Position numbers and translations under genes: made by a program. 64,000 bases of DNA from an uncultured Dehalococcoidia bacterium. GTDB lineage: Bacteria; Chloroflexota; Dehalococcoidia; Lucifugimonadales; UBA826. Location: NCBI GenBank assembly GCA_964409595.1, contig CAYPDR010000018.1, positions 123,384 through 187,383 on the forward strand, in the 5' to 3' direction. Positions 53,957 through 63,471 of this stretch are shown piece after piece. The notes under the pieces are model-generated. The model made no database searches. It had not been told where the DNA came from and worked only from the letters and a program-made list of their open reading frames with translations. Position 1 is the first letter of the stretch; every line of letters begins with the position of its first letter.

Positions 53957-54871
53957 ATGAAAAGCAAAGATTTCATATCGATACTAGACTTGGGAGATAA
54001 CGGAGTCGAAGACATTGTCAGAAAGGCTTCGAGAATAAAAAGAGGTGACACGCCCCGGGCTCTTGAAGGTAAAACCGTAGCACTGTTGTTTGAAAAACCT
54101 TCATTGCGAACAAGAGTTAGTTTCGAGGTAGGAATCGGACAGATGGGTGGAACCTGTATATTCCTAAGTAACACAGAAATCGGACTTGGAGCTAGAGAAC
54201 CTGTTCCAGACATCGCCAAGGTATTAGATAGGCTTGTCGATTGCATAGTTGCTAGAGTGTTTTCACATCGGAGTTTGGAACTTCTCGCTCAGAACACATC
54301 TATACCTGTCATCAACGCCTTATCGGATGAAGCACATCCATGCCAGGCCTTGGGTGACTGTTTGACAATATTTGAGCATAAGGGTCGAATGGATGGACTC
54401 AAAGTGGCTTTCGTAGGGGATGGTAATAATATAGCGGGGAGTTTAGCATTGGCGTCTTCATATGCAGGTATGGATTTCACTCTGGCCTCACCGGAGCAAT
54501 ACAAACTTCCATCGAAAGTGTGGGACGAAGCGACAAAAATTTCAAAAGATCAAAATACCAATTTATCTTGGACAAGTGATCCTAAGAAAGCGGTGGAAGG
54601 AGCAGACGTGGTCTATACAGATGTCTGGGTGAGCATGGGTGATGAAGAAGAAAAAGATGAGAGGCTTTCATTATTTCGCCCATACCAAGTAAATGAGGCT
54701 CTCGTAAAGAATGCCAGCAGTGATTTCTTGTTCATGCATGATATGCCGGCTCATAGAGGTGAAGAAATTTCCGAAGGCATGATTGAACACTCGAATTCGG
54801 TCGTCTATCATCAGGCGGAAAATAGACTCCATGCGCAGAAAGCCGTCCTAGCCGAACTGTTCGGATATTAG
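53957..54871 (+). CDS. argF: ornithine carbamoyltransferase-type transcarbamylase (two non-canonical motifs, see findings)
   Basis: HPCQAL and DVWVSMG (the ornithine SMG loop) are present and the 304-aa length fits. The carbamoyl-phosphate motif reads SLRTR and the HCLP position reads HDMP. Confidence 0.85.
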   Translation: MKSKDFISILDLGDNGVEDIVRKASRIKRGDTPRALEGKTVALLFEKPSLRTRVSFEVGIGQMGGTCIFLSNTEIGLGAREPVPDIAKVLDRLVDCIVARVFSHRSLELLAQNTSIPVINALSDEAHPCQALGDCLTIFEHKGRMDGLKVAFVGDGNNIAGSLALASSYAGMDFTLASPEQYKLPSKVWDEATKISKDQNTNLSWTSDPKKAVEGADVVYTDVWVSMGDEEEKDERLSLFRPYQVNEALVKNASSDFLFMHDMPAHRGEEISEGMIEHSNSVVYHQAENRLHAQKAVLAELFGY

Positions 54872-54949
54872 ATAACAGCAACCACAACTTAAGTCATTGC
54901 GCAGCCCAACGCTGGCAAGGCGGTAAAAGTGCAGCAAGAGACAGCAAAT

Positions 54950-56266
54950 ATGGCAAAGCCGATCGTGGCCATAGTAGGCAGACCCAACGTTGGCAAATCT
55001 ACTCTTTTCAATAGGCTCACTGGAAGACGGCAAGCGATAGTTTCAGATATAGCAGGTACCACTCGCGACAGGGTCATTGCAGAAACGACTTGGGGAAACA
55101 AGCCATTCCTGTTAATCGACACCGGAGGGTTGGACTTTTTATCCGAGTCTGATATTTGGATAAAAGTTCAAGATCAAATTCAATATGCTATAGAGGAATG
55201 TACCGTCATATTGTTGCTCGTTGACACTGTAGATGGAATTACAGCTTCTGATCGAGATGTAGTAGATCTGATTCGAGTGGTAGGTAAGCCTGTCATATTA
55301 GTAGCAAGCAAATCAGACAACGAAGATAGGATATCTCTATCCACCGAATTCTACGAATTAGGATTGGGTGACCCGGTACCAGTAAGTGCCTACCACAACA
55401 TCGGATTGGATCATCTTATGGAAAGGGTATTGGAGTATTTCCCGGAAGAAACTGAATCTTTCGAACCTGAAGCAGACATGAAACTATCTATCATCGGCAG
55501 GACAAACGTTGGAAAGTCACTTCTTTTGAATTCTATCGTTGGAGACAATAGAGCGATTGTTAGCGAGGTCTCAGGTACGACACGGGATTCTCTCGATTCC
55601 ATGATCAAGTTTAGGGAACGGGATATTAGGTTAGTAGACACAGCAGGGATCAGAAGAAGAGGGAGAATCGAACGGGGAGTGGAAAGGTACAGCGTCTTAA
55701 GATCCGTTAATGCAATATATAGATGTGACGTAGCAGCATTAATAATAGATGCCTCCGAGAGCCCAACAAGCCAAGACACACATATCGCAAATTACATTCT
55801 AGAAGCCTATAAAGGCATAGTTATTGTAGTTAACAAATGGGACCTATCCAAGGAGCTGAGATTAACCAAAAGAGAAATGGAGGCGGAAGTACGCAGCAAA
55901 TTCAAATTCGCGCCATATGCCCCTGTATGTTTCACATCAGGCTTAAATCAAACAGGGATTGAAGAGCTTTTGAACGTGGCTCTTCGAGTACAAGTAGAAT
56001 GGTCGAAAGGAGTACCAAGACCCGATATTAGACGGACGATTCTTACCGCCGTTGCCGAACATCCACCGGCCACGCAAGGTAAGCGTGAACTGAAAATTTA
56101 TAGCGCAATGCAAGATAGCACTATGCCTCCAAGTTTCACCTTCTTTGTTAACCATTCTGACATGGTCCATTTTTCATACAAACGTTATCTTGAAAATCGA
56201 CTGCGCGAAGAATATAAGTTTGAAGGATGTCCTTTGAGAATGCGATTTAGAGGTTGGAAAGGATGA
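54950..56266 (+). CDS. der: ribosome biogenesis GTPase Der (EngA)
   Basis: Tandem GTPase domains GRPNVGKS...DTGG and GRTNVGKS...DTAG, plus a KH-like C-terminus. Start set to ATG 54950 (MAKPIVAIVG). GTG 54929 behind AAGGCGG is the alternative. Confidence 0.93.
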   Translation: MAKPIVAIVGRPNVGKSTLFNRLTGRRQAIVSDIAGTTRDRVIAETTWGNKPFLLIDTGGLDFLSESDIWIKVQDQIQYAIEECTVILLLVDTVDGITASDRDVVDLIRVVGKPVILVASKSDNEDRISLSTEFYELGLGDPVPVSAYHNIGLDHLMERVLEYFPEETESFEPEADMKLSIIGRTNVGKSLLLNSIVGDNRAIVSEVSGTTRDSLDSMIKFRERDIRLVDTAGIRRRGRIERGVERYSVLRSVNAIYRCDVAALIIDASESPTSQDTHIANYILEAYKGIVIVVNKWDLSKELRLTKREMEAEVRSKFKFAPYAPVCFTSGLNQTGIEELLNVALRVQVEWSKGVPRPDIRRTILTAVAEHPPATQGKRELKIYSAMQDSTMPPSFTFFVNHSDMVHFSYKRYLENRLREEYKFEGCPLRMRFRGWKG

Positions 56267-56904
56267 ATCAGTTACTCCTCGGAGTTTCATTTATTGTGTC
56301 ATCCTATGTTGTTAGCTCAATTTGCTTCGGGTTGATAATTGGTAAGCTAGCAAAAGGAATTGATATAAGAGAATTTGGTAGCGGAAGTACAGGGGCTACG
56401 AATGTAGCGAGAACCTGTGGTGGCAAGTGGGGAATATTGGCCCTAATATTGGACATGGCGAAGGCAGCTGTACCTCTCTCAGTCGCAGTATACGTTGTTG
56501 ACGCCACCCCGACCTGGTGTCACCCACTTACTGGATTGGCAGCGATATCTGGTCATATTTGGCCTATATTCACGAACTTTAAGGGCGGAAAGGGAATTGC
56601 TTCGGGATGGGCAGCTCTTATTGTGTTATCCCCATGGGCGGGCCTGGCCGCCGCTCTCACGGCTGGTCCTCTGATAGCTATAACCAGATATGTTTCATTA
56701 GGATCAATAGTCGGGTCAGTGTTGGGAGGGTCCGTCATAATTGCGTTGTCTATATTATCTATTGACGAAACGCCAAGGATATACGGTCTCTTTGGAATAT
56801 TTGGAACAACGATAACGGTCCTACTCCATCACCAAAACATTAGTAGACTAATAAAAGGAGAAGAGAGTAAATTGGGACAGAAACCAAAGAACCCGTCTTC
56901 TTAA
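56263..56904 (+). CDS. plsY: glycerol-3-phosphate acyltransferase PlsY
   Basis: GSGSTGATN and FKGGKG motifs in a multi-TM protein. ATG 56263 overlaps the der stop (ATGA). The ORF track starts at TTG 56254. Confidence 0.88.
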   Translation: MNQLLLGVSFIVSSYVVSSICFGLIIGKLAKGIDIREFGSGSTGATNVARTCGGKWGILALILDMAKAAVPLSVAVYVVDATPTWCHPLTGLAAISGHIWPIFTNFKGGKGIASGWAALIVLSPWAGLAAALTAGPLIAITRYVSLGSIVGSVLGGSVIIALSILSIDETPRIYGLFGIFGTTITVLLHHQNISRLIKGEESKLGQKPKNPSS

Positions 56905-56917
56905 TATATGTGACAAT

Positions 56918-57919
56918 ATGAAACGGCTGGGAGTTATAGGCGCCACTACTTGGGGAACAACCTTAGCAATTATTGCTGCACGTGAGGGAGTTGAAGTTAA
57001 CCTTCTTGTCAGATCTAGCGAAGAGTCAGACAAGCTAAATGAGCATGGTGAAAATCGACGATTTGTACCTGGGTTCTCATTCCCTCAAAACGTCAAAGTT
57101 ACAGAACAACCTGAAGAAGCCCTATCTAATGCTGATGCCATAATATTCGCAGTTCCGTCACCTTCTCTCCGAGACAACGCACGAAAAGTGAAAACGCAAA
57201 TCAACGAGCAATCAGTTGTCGTAAGTGCAGTCAAAGGTCTTGAAATAGGCACTAACAAGAGAATGAGTCAAATACTTGAGGAAGAACTATATGGGGTTGC
57301 ACATGACAGGATATGCGCCCTGTCCGGACCCAATTTAGCAGGGGAGATCGTGCAAGGAAAACCGTCTTCAACAGTCGTCGCTTCTGCCAATGAGGAATCA
57401 TCTCGAATAATCCAAAACATGCTTACTTCCTCGCGCATGCGAGTTTATACAAATCCAGACATTGTAGGAGTGGAAATAGCGGGTTCAATGAAAAACGTAA
57501 CTGCAATAGCAGTAGGAATATCAGACGGGTTAAGTTTAGGAGCAAACGCTAAAGCATCACTCATTACGCGAGGATTGTCTGAAATATCAAAACTTGGATC
57601 AGCGCTAGGAGCTAATCGTATAACCTTTTCAGGTCTGGCCGGAATGGGTGATCTCATAGCAACGTGTTCTAGCGAACTAAGCAGAAATGGCAACGTCGGT
57701 CGGATGTTAGCCGGTGGTAAGAACCTGAAAGAAATCACCTCGACAATGAATAACGTAGCTGAAGGAATCGTAACAACTAAAGCAGTCATTTCAGTAGCCA
57801 ATCAATCTGGTATAGATGTTCCACTTTCCAAGACGGTTTACGACGTGCTTTTTAACGAGGTACTCCCAATGGACGCACTCAAGTCACTTATGCTTAGAAA
57901 TCCGACGTCGGAGGAGTGA
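56918..57919 (+). CDS. gpsA: NAD(P)H-dependent glycerol-3-phosphate dehydrogenase
   Basis: GVIGATTWGTTLA, LSGPNLAGE, KNV.AIA.GI and AEG form the GpsA pattern. The der-plsY-gpsA order is conserved. Confidence 0.92.
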   Translation: MKRLGVIGATTWGTTLAIIAAREGVEVNLLVRSSEESDKLNEHGENRRFVPGFSFPQNVKVTEQPEEALSNADAIIFAVPSPSLRDNARKVKTQINEQSVVVSAVKGLEIGTNKRMSQILEEELYGVAHDRICALSGPNLAGEIVQGKPSSTVVASANEESSRIIQNMLTSSRMRVYTNPDIVGVEIAGSMKNVTAIAVGISDGLSLGANAKASLITRGLSEISKLGSALGANRITFSGLAGMGDLIATCSSELSRNGNVGRMLAGGKNLKEITSTMNNVAEGIVTTKAVISVANQSGIDVPLSKTVYDVLFNEVLPMDALKSLMLRNPTSEE

Positions 57920-58060
57920 CAGGTTAGGTTCAACCAAAACCCGAGCGTTCCAAATCGGGGAATGCCTTTATCTAATATCACCGGAACACGTCCGCTAATA
58001 CCAAGATTTTGAAATGTAGGGAACAAAATTTGTAAGCGTGGAGTTAAACATGATTCATAG

Positions 58061-58801
58061 TTATCCCATTTCTCCTGCTTCATATAAAACAGTTGCTACA
58101 GTAAATATCCCCGCCGTCTCTGAACGCAGTATCCTGTTACCAAGAGAGACGGGAATGATCCCGGCTTCCTCAGCTAAGTGAATCTCCTCAAATGTGAATC
58201 CACCAACCGGACCTATAAAAATCGCCAACTTGGAATCCGCTGTTGGTTTATTCTCTAATATCTTGGCTAAAACTCGGCGAAGTAATGATCCTTTCTCTTC
58301 TTCCCATGGAATAATCGCAGGACATGAAACCGACTTCACAGCGGTCTCGAAAGAAACAGTTTCGGTGAGTTCTGGAATTACCACCCTACCCGATTGTTCG
58401 GATGCCTCCTTTATTATTCTTCTCCATCTCTTTTTCTTAGAGTCTCCCGGTAAAGTCACTTCAGTGCGTTCACAAACATACGGGACAAACTTGGACACTC
58501 CGACCTCTACACCCTTCTGCAAAGCATAATCAAACCTGTCTGATTTAAGTAAGGCCTGGTATAGAGTAATGAAAACTAATGGTTCGGCAAAACCCTGTCC
58601 GGTCGCCAACACAGTCGCAGCACAAAAACCTTGGTCAACTGTATCAAGCCTAACTGTTCTTTCAAATCCACTACCATCCAGAACAGTTACTACGTCGCCT
58701 CTTCTCGCCCTCAACACCCTCCTCAATTTTTCTGATGCTTCGTAGGGGAAATATACAGAATCGCCATCTACACACTCTGGCGGCACAAAGAATCTGTGCA
58801 A
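58061..58801 (-). CDS. rsmE: 16S rRNA (uracil1498-N3)-methyltransferase
   Basis: MHRFFV N-terminus, PUA-like domain, and the C-terminal SPOUT knot IGPVGGF...E......LG.RILRSETA. TTG start. Confidence 0.85.
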   Translation of the reverse strand: MHRFFVPPECVDGDSVYFPYEASEKLRRVLRARRGDVVTVLDGSGFERTVRLDTVDQGFCAATVLATGQGFAEPLVFITLYQALLKSDRFDYALQKGVEVGVSKFVPYVCERTEVTLPGDSKKKRWRRIIKEASEQSGRVVIPELTETVSFETAVKSVSCPAIIPWEEEKGSLLRRVLAKILENKPTADSKLAIFIGPVGGFTFEEIHLAEEAGIIPVSLGNRILRSETAGIFTVATVLYEAGEMG

Positions 58802-58832
58802 ACCTCTATACCTCCGTACTTACAAAAGCTTA

Positions 58833-59735
58833 TTAGTGTCTGCTAGCTAATATCGCTACCCAATCACCCTCTCTAATGACTTCATCAAATTGGATTTCAT
58901 TCGCGTTCATAACATCTTGAACGTCAGCAAGCGATTGTTGCAACACACCGGACAAGATCAACCGGCCTTCGGGTTTAACCGACCGAGCAATAAGTTCGGA
59001 AAGATCAATGAGAACCTTGGCAGATATATTGGCAAGGACCATGTCAAAAAAATTTCCAGTGATCTGACTATGAGGCAGTGTCCCTTCAAAAATTGTTATA
59101 TTTTCTGAAACCCCATTAACCGCAGAGTTATCTTTCGAGACCGTGACAGCATTGGACTCGATTTCTAGTCCAATACTTTTTTTAGCCCCCATTTTCACCG
59201 CCGTTATCGAAAGTATTCCTGATCCACTGCCTAAATCCAGTACGGACTCACCGCCTTTAACAGTTCTCTCTATTAGTTCCATACACATTCGAGTTGTTGG
59301 ATGATGACCTGTCCCGAACGCCATCCCCGGATCCAATAAAATCAAAACCTCATCTAGACAGGTTTCGTAAGCCCGCCAAGTTGGGCAGATCACCAATCGA
59401 TTACCCACTCTTATTGGATGGAAATGTTCCTTCCAATTCGACTCCCAGTCCTCTTCTTCCATTTCCCGTTCCCGTAGCGGTTCGATCGGGTACAGATGGT
59501 TTACAAGTTTCACCCCCACTTCTATATTGCCTCTTCGTTCTATCGTATTTTCGTCTATCCGTATATAAGTTCGAATTGTCATGGTGTCAGAAATTGGAGG
59601 TTTCTCACCTTCATCTGGATTAAATCCAGCTTTACTTTCAACTGAAACCCCTCCGCTCCCATATTTGTAGAAAATATGGGACAGGGGCTCTACAAATTCT
59701 GAAGGGGCGTCAACACTGAGTTCTAGCCATTTCAT
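58833..59735 (-). CDS. prmA: ribosomal protein L11 methyltransferase
   Basis: The W.E.....F.P pattern, AFGTGHHPTT and the SAM motif VLDLGSGSGILS. Confidence 0.88.
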   Translation of the reverse strand: MKWLELSVDAPSEFVEPLSHIFYKYGSGGVSVESKAGFNPDEGEKPPISDTMTIRTYIRIDENTIERRGNIEVGVKLVNHLYPIEPLREREMEEEDWESNWKEHFHPIRVGNRLVICPTWRAYETCLDEVLILLDPGMAFGTGHHPTTRMCMELIERTVKGGESVLDLGSGSGILSITAVKMGAKKSIGLEIESNAVTVSKDNSAVNGVSENITIFEGTLPHSQITGNFFDMVLANISAKVLIDLSELIARSVKPEGRLILSGVLQQSLADVQDVMNANEIQFDEVIREGDWVAILASRH

Positions 59736-59747
59736 CCGATGGCCTTC

Positions 59748-60881
59748 TCAGCTTCCAAACGTGTTTTTGAACCTGTCAAAAAAGCCAGCTTCGCTCTCTA
59801 ATTTTTCTTCAGCCAGCGTATCTTTAAGTTGTTCCAAAAGTTCTTTCTGTTGGCTAGAGAGTTTACTCGGAATCTTTACCTCCACAGTGACGATTTGATC
59901 TCCACGCCTGCTGCCCCTTAGCTGAGCAACTCCTCCACCCTTAATTCGAAACATCTGACCATTCTGAGTTCCGGCAGGTATATCGATATCTTGATTTCCC
60001 TCCATAGTCGGAACAGAAATGGTGGCGCCCAAAGAAGCTTCTGCCATATTAATTGGCAGACGGCTTTTAATATTTATACCCTCTCTTACGAAGTAATCGT
60101 GGTCCTCAATTTGAAACGCGACATATAGATCACCAGATGGTCCCCCATTGACGCCATGTTCCCCTTCGCCGGTAAGACGAATTTGCGTGTCTTCTTCTAT
60201 ACCTGGCGGCACCGTAACAGCCATTGTTCTGGATCTCCGTTCTCGCCCCTGCCCCCTACATTGCTTACAATATTCTTTGATCGTTTTCCCATCACCCCTG
60301 CAGGAATTACAATCAGCAACCTGCACAAACTGTCCTAAAACACTTTGTTGGGAACGTCGTATCTGTCCAGTCCCACTGCACGTAGAACACGTTTCGATTT
60401 CAGCACCTGGCTCACTTTTGGAACCCCTACATCGACCACAAGACTCGATTCTTCTGATATCAAATTGCTTTTCTGTCCCAAATATGGCTTCTTCAAACTT
60501 AACTGACATTGTGTATTGAAGATCTGAACCTCTTACTGATGAATTACGCCGATTATTCGTCCTTCCAAATCCTGCGCCGCCAAAAAACGAGTCAAATATG
60601 TCTCCAAACCCACCCATATTATCAAACCCACCGAATCCCGAACCGGCAGATCCACTTAGGCCTGCGTGCCCAAATTGGTCATAGCGAGCTCTCTTATCCT
60701 GATCCGACAGAACCTGATAAGCTTCATTGATCTCCTTGAACTTATCTTCGGCACCATTCTCTTTATTGCGATCAGGGTGGTATTCGAATGCGAGGCGCCG
60801 GAAAGCCTTCTTCAGATCTTCATCGCTCGCATTCCTTGAAACTCCCAGTACTTCGTAAAAATCCCTTTTCCGTGTAGTCAT
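59748..60881 (-). CDS. dnaJ: molecular chaperone DnaJ
   Basis: J-domain DFYEVLGV...YHPDRN, a G/F-rich linker and four CxxCxGxG zinc repeats. Start set to ATG 60881 (the ORF track uses TTG 60899). Confidence 0.95.
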   Translation of the reverse strand: MTTRKRDFYEVLGVSRNASDEDLKKAFRRLAFEYHPDRNKENGAEDKFKEINEAYQVLSDQDKRARYDQFGHAGLSGSAGSGFGGFDNMGGFGDIFDSFFGGAGFGRTNNRRNSSVRGSDLQYTMSVKFEEAIFGTEKQFDIRRIESCGRCRGSKSEPGAEIETCSTCSGTGQIRRSQQSVLGQFVQVADCNSCRGDGKTIKEYCKQCRGQGRERRSRTMAVTVPPGIEEDTQIRLTGEGEHGVNGGPSGDLYVAFQIEDHDYFVREGINIKSRLPINMAEASLGATISVPTMEGNQDIDIPAGTQNGQMFRIKGGGVAQLRGSRRGDQIVTVEVKIPSKLSSQQKELLEQLKDTLAEEKLESEAGFFDRFKNTFGS

Positions 60882-60934
60882 ATGTAGCGTGCAATCCAAT
60901 ACAGTGTTTGAGTTTATTCAAAGGGCCGCATCTA

Positions 60935-60940
60935 ATTATA
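60935..60940 (-). promoter_or_regulatory. -10 element (GCTATAATTAG context) upstream of dnaJ
   Basis: Minus strand reads AAGCTATAATTAG, the same CTATAATTAG context as upstream of rpoD. Confidence 0.3.
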
Positions 60941-60983
60941 GCTTAGCTCTTGGTGAAGCAGGGAAACCCTCACTTTCCATAGC

Positions 60984-61874
60984 CTATACACCTTGATAGG
61001 ACATTCTGGCCGCCTCAAGAGTGTTACTTAATAACATGGCAACGGTCATGGGTCCGACTCCTCCAGGCACCTTGCTGATTGCGCTGGCTTTCTTAGAGAC
61101 TGTAGAGAAATCTATATCACCTACCAACTTGTAACCCCTTCTGCTCACAGGCGTATTAACCCTGTTAATACCGACGTCAATAGCTACCACACCATCCGAT
61201 ACCATATCGCCTGTCAAGAAGTTGGGTACTCCAACCGCCACAATTATAATATCTGCTAATCTACAAATGCTTGAAAGTTCTAGGGTATGGCTATGGCACA
61301 GCGTTACAGTAGCATTTCCTCCCTCAATTCTAGCTGATAATAGTTGAGATAAAGGCCTACCTACAATATTACTTCTCCCAACTATTACGACATGCTTACC
61401 TGAAGGCATATTATTAGTACGAAGCAGCATCTGTCTTATTCCCCCAGGTGTTGCCGGTATAAATCTAGGATGACCAGAAGCTAAAAGCCCCACATTGAAA
61501 GGATGAAGCCCATCCACATCTTTGAAAGGATCAATACTTCTTAAAACAGTTCCCACGTCAATGTGCTCGGGAAGCGGCAACTGCACTACAATTCCGTGAC
61601 ATCTGGGATCAGAGTTGAGATTTTCTATTAAAGTTTTAACTTCCATCGCTGTTGACTTAAATGGCAACCTATGAGCTTTTGCAAAAATCCCAACACTAGC
61701 TGCAGTTCGTTCCTTGGTTCTTACGTAAATGTTAGATGCGGGATCGTCCCCAACAGAAATCAATGATAGGCCTGGAGACAGGCCTGTCTTTACCTTGATA
61801 TCAGATATCCCTAAGGCCAACTCAGAAAGTGTCTGGGCTGACAGTTTTCTACCATCGATTAGTCGATATGACAT
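60984..61874 (-). CDS. folD: bifunctional methylenetetrahydrofolate dehydrogenase / methenyl-THF cyclohydrolase
   Basis: GDDPASNIYV..K, QLPLP, PATPGG, VVIVGRSNIVGRP and PGGVGPMT form the FolD signature. Start set to ATG 61874, behind GGAGGG. Confidence 0.93.
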   Translation of the reverse strand: MSYRLIDGRKLSAQTLSELALGISDIKVKTGLSPGLSLISVGDDPASNIYVRTKERTAASVGIFAKAHRLPFKSTAMEVKTLIENLNSDPRCHGIVVQLPLPEHIDVGTVLRSIDPFKDVDGLHPFNVGLLASGHPRFIPATPGGIRQMLLRTNNMPSGKHVVIVGRSNIVGRPLSQLLSARIEGGNATVTLCHSHTLELSSICRLADIIIVAVGVPNFLTGDMVSDGVVAIDVGINRVNTPVSRRGYKLVGDIDFSTVSKKASAISKVPGGVGPMTVAMLLSNTLEAARMSYQGV

Positions 61875-62001
61875 TCTCGAGACCCTCCGCACAGTATTTT
61901 TCTCTTCATCGGAACGAATGTATTCTATGAATTATTGCAGCAATCGTACAATTCTATATTGTCCAGTAATCAATCTGGCCAAAGACTATACAAACAATCA
62001 T

Positions 62002-62010
62002 TGTTATAAT
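62002..62010 (+). promoter_or_regulatory. extended -10 element TGTTATAAT upstream of acpS
   Basis: Plus strand reads TGTTATAAT, 28 nt upstream of ATG 62039 with GGAG in between. Confidence 0.35.
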
Positions 62011-62038
62011 CTCGAAACGTATTGGAGCTATACATTTA

Positions 62039-62419
62039 ATGTTAATAACTGGCGTAGATATAATCGAAATAGCGCGAATAAATCATGTGTTAAAAGGTTA
62101 TGGGCTTAGATTTTTGAAGCGTATCTATACCGAAGAAGAACGTCTTTATTGCAGGGGTAGAGCTCCACAACTCGCTAGCCGGTTTGCTGCTAAAGAAGCC
62201 GTGATGAAGGCGTTAGGAACTGGCATTCGGGGGGTAGGGTGGAAAGAGATTGAAGTGAAAAGAGAAAGAGGACACGCCCCTTTTATAAAGTTGCACGGGC
62301 GGGCCTTGAAACGATCAAAACTAATAGGACTAGCAAATCTGGCACTTTCCCTTTCACATTCTAGAGAGTTCGCAGTGGCATCCGTCGTAGGGGAGAGTGA
62401 AAGAGGCAATTTGTTCTGA
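62039..62419 (+). CDS. acpS: holo-[acyl-carrier-protein] synthase
   Basis: GVDIIEI.R, FAAKEA..KA.G and SLSHS form the AcpS 4'-phosphopantetheinyl transferase pattern (126 aa). Confidence 0.88.
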   Translation: MLITGVDIIEIARINHVLKGYGLRFLKRIYTEEERLYCRGRAPQLASRFAAKEAVMKALGTGIRGVGWKEIEVKRERGHAPFIKLHGRALKRSKLIGLANLALSLSHSREFAVASVVGESERGNLF

Positions 62420-62461
62420 AAAACTGGCGAGATACAAGTTTTCTAATTGTCAGGACGCAAA

Positions 62462-63388
62462 ATGAAAATAGGAATATTCATAGGATCTATCGGATCAGCC
62501 GGATCTGTAACTGCACAAGTGCAACAAGTAGTCGATGCCGAGAAGAGCGGTTTCGATAGTTTCTGGGCGGCCCACATCATGGACGCAGACATCATGACTA
62601 TGTTCAGTTTGGCTGGTCAAATGACTAATAAGATTGAAATGGGTACCGCTGTAACACCAACATATCTAAGGCATCCGATCGCTATGGCTCAGCAGGCCAT
62701 AACTACTCTATCCGCGACTCAGGGTCGATTCACGCTGGGCATGGGGGTTTCCCACAAACCTGTCGTAGAAGAAAGGTTCGGGATGAGATTCCATAGACCT
62801 GCAAAGCATATGGAAGAGTACTTGGAAATAATCAAGTCTCTAAATCGTGATGGTAGGGTCAACTACCAAGGGGAGGTGTTGAGGGCAAATACCCAATTTA
62901 CCTTGAATGAAAAACGGGGTTTACCTATAGTCATCGCCGCTCTTGGACCACGAATGCTTAGAACAGCAGGTCAAATCGCTGATGGTACTGTGACTTGGAT
63001 GACAGGGAAAGAAACACTAAAAAGCCATATTGTTCCGAAAATAAAAGAGGCTGCTCAAAGTGTAGGTAAAAGTGACCCCAGAGTTATTGCTGCGTTGCCC
63101 GTAGCCGTTTCAACTGATCATGACAAGGCGTTCCAAACGGCGGCAACTCACTTTGAAAGATATGGTGAACTACCAAGTTACAAAGCGATGCTAGAAATAG
63201 AAGGTGTAGAGAGCCCGGCGGAAATGGCAATAATTGGAGATGAGGCTGAAGTCGAAGAGGAGATCCGAGCGTACGCATCTGCAGGGGCCACAGAGATTGC
63301 TGCGCAGATTTTTCCTGTAGGAACTGATCGGGATTCCTCTATCAACCGCACTCGCCGACTGCTCGCTAGTTTAGTAGGGAGAATTTGA
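62462..63388 (+). CDS. LLM-class (luciferase-like) flavin/F420-dependent oxidoreductase
   Basis: MKIGIFIG...GFDSFW..H...G.G.SH is a luciferase-like TIM-barrel pattern. Start set to ATG 62462, behind AGGA. Confidence 0.8.
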   Translation: MKIGIFIGSIGSAGSVTAQVQQVVDAEKSGFDSFWAAHIMDADIMTMFSLAGQMTNKIEMGTAVTPTYLRHPIAMAQQAITTLSATQGRFTLGMGVSHKPVVEERFGMRFHRPAKHMEEYLEIIKSLNRDGRVNYQGEVLRANTQFTLNEKRGLPIVIAALGPRMLRTAGQIADGTVTWMTGKETLKSHIVPKIKEAAQSVGKSDPRVIAALPVAVSTDHDKAFQTAATHFERYGELPSYKAMLEIEGVESPAEMAIIGDEAEVEEEIRAYASAGATEIAAQIFPVGTDRDSSINRTRRLLASLVGRI

Positions 63389-63471
63389 ACCTTTGTCACG
63401 GCACGGGCGCGCAGGGGGTTCGACTACGTAACTCTGTTCTTTCCACCAAACTTAAATTTACAGTAGTCCGT

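Noticed and set aside
60941-60983. CIRCE (HrcA) element upstream of dnaJ.
   Set aside because: TTAGCTCTTGG resembles only the first half-site TTAGCACTC. No inverted GAGTGCTAA follows at 9 nt.
63414-63427. GGGGGTTCGACTAC resembles a tRNA T-arm/T-loop (GGTTCGA).
   Set aside because: There is no complementary 3' half of the T-stem, and no acceptor or anticodon arms can be drawn around it. It lies in a convergent spacer.
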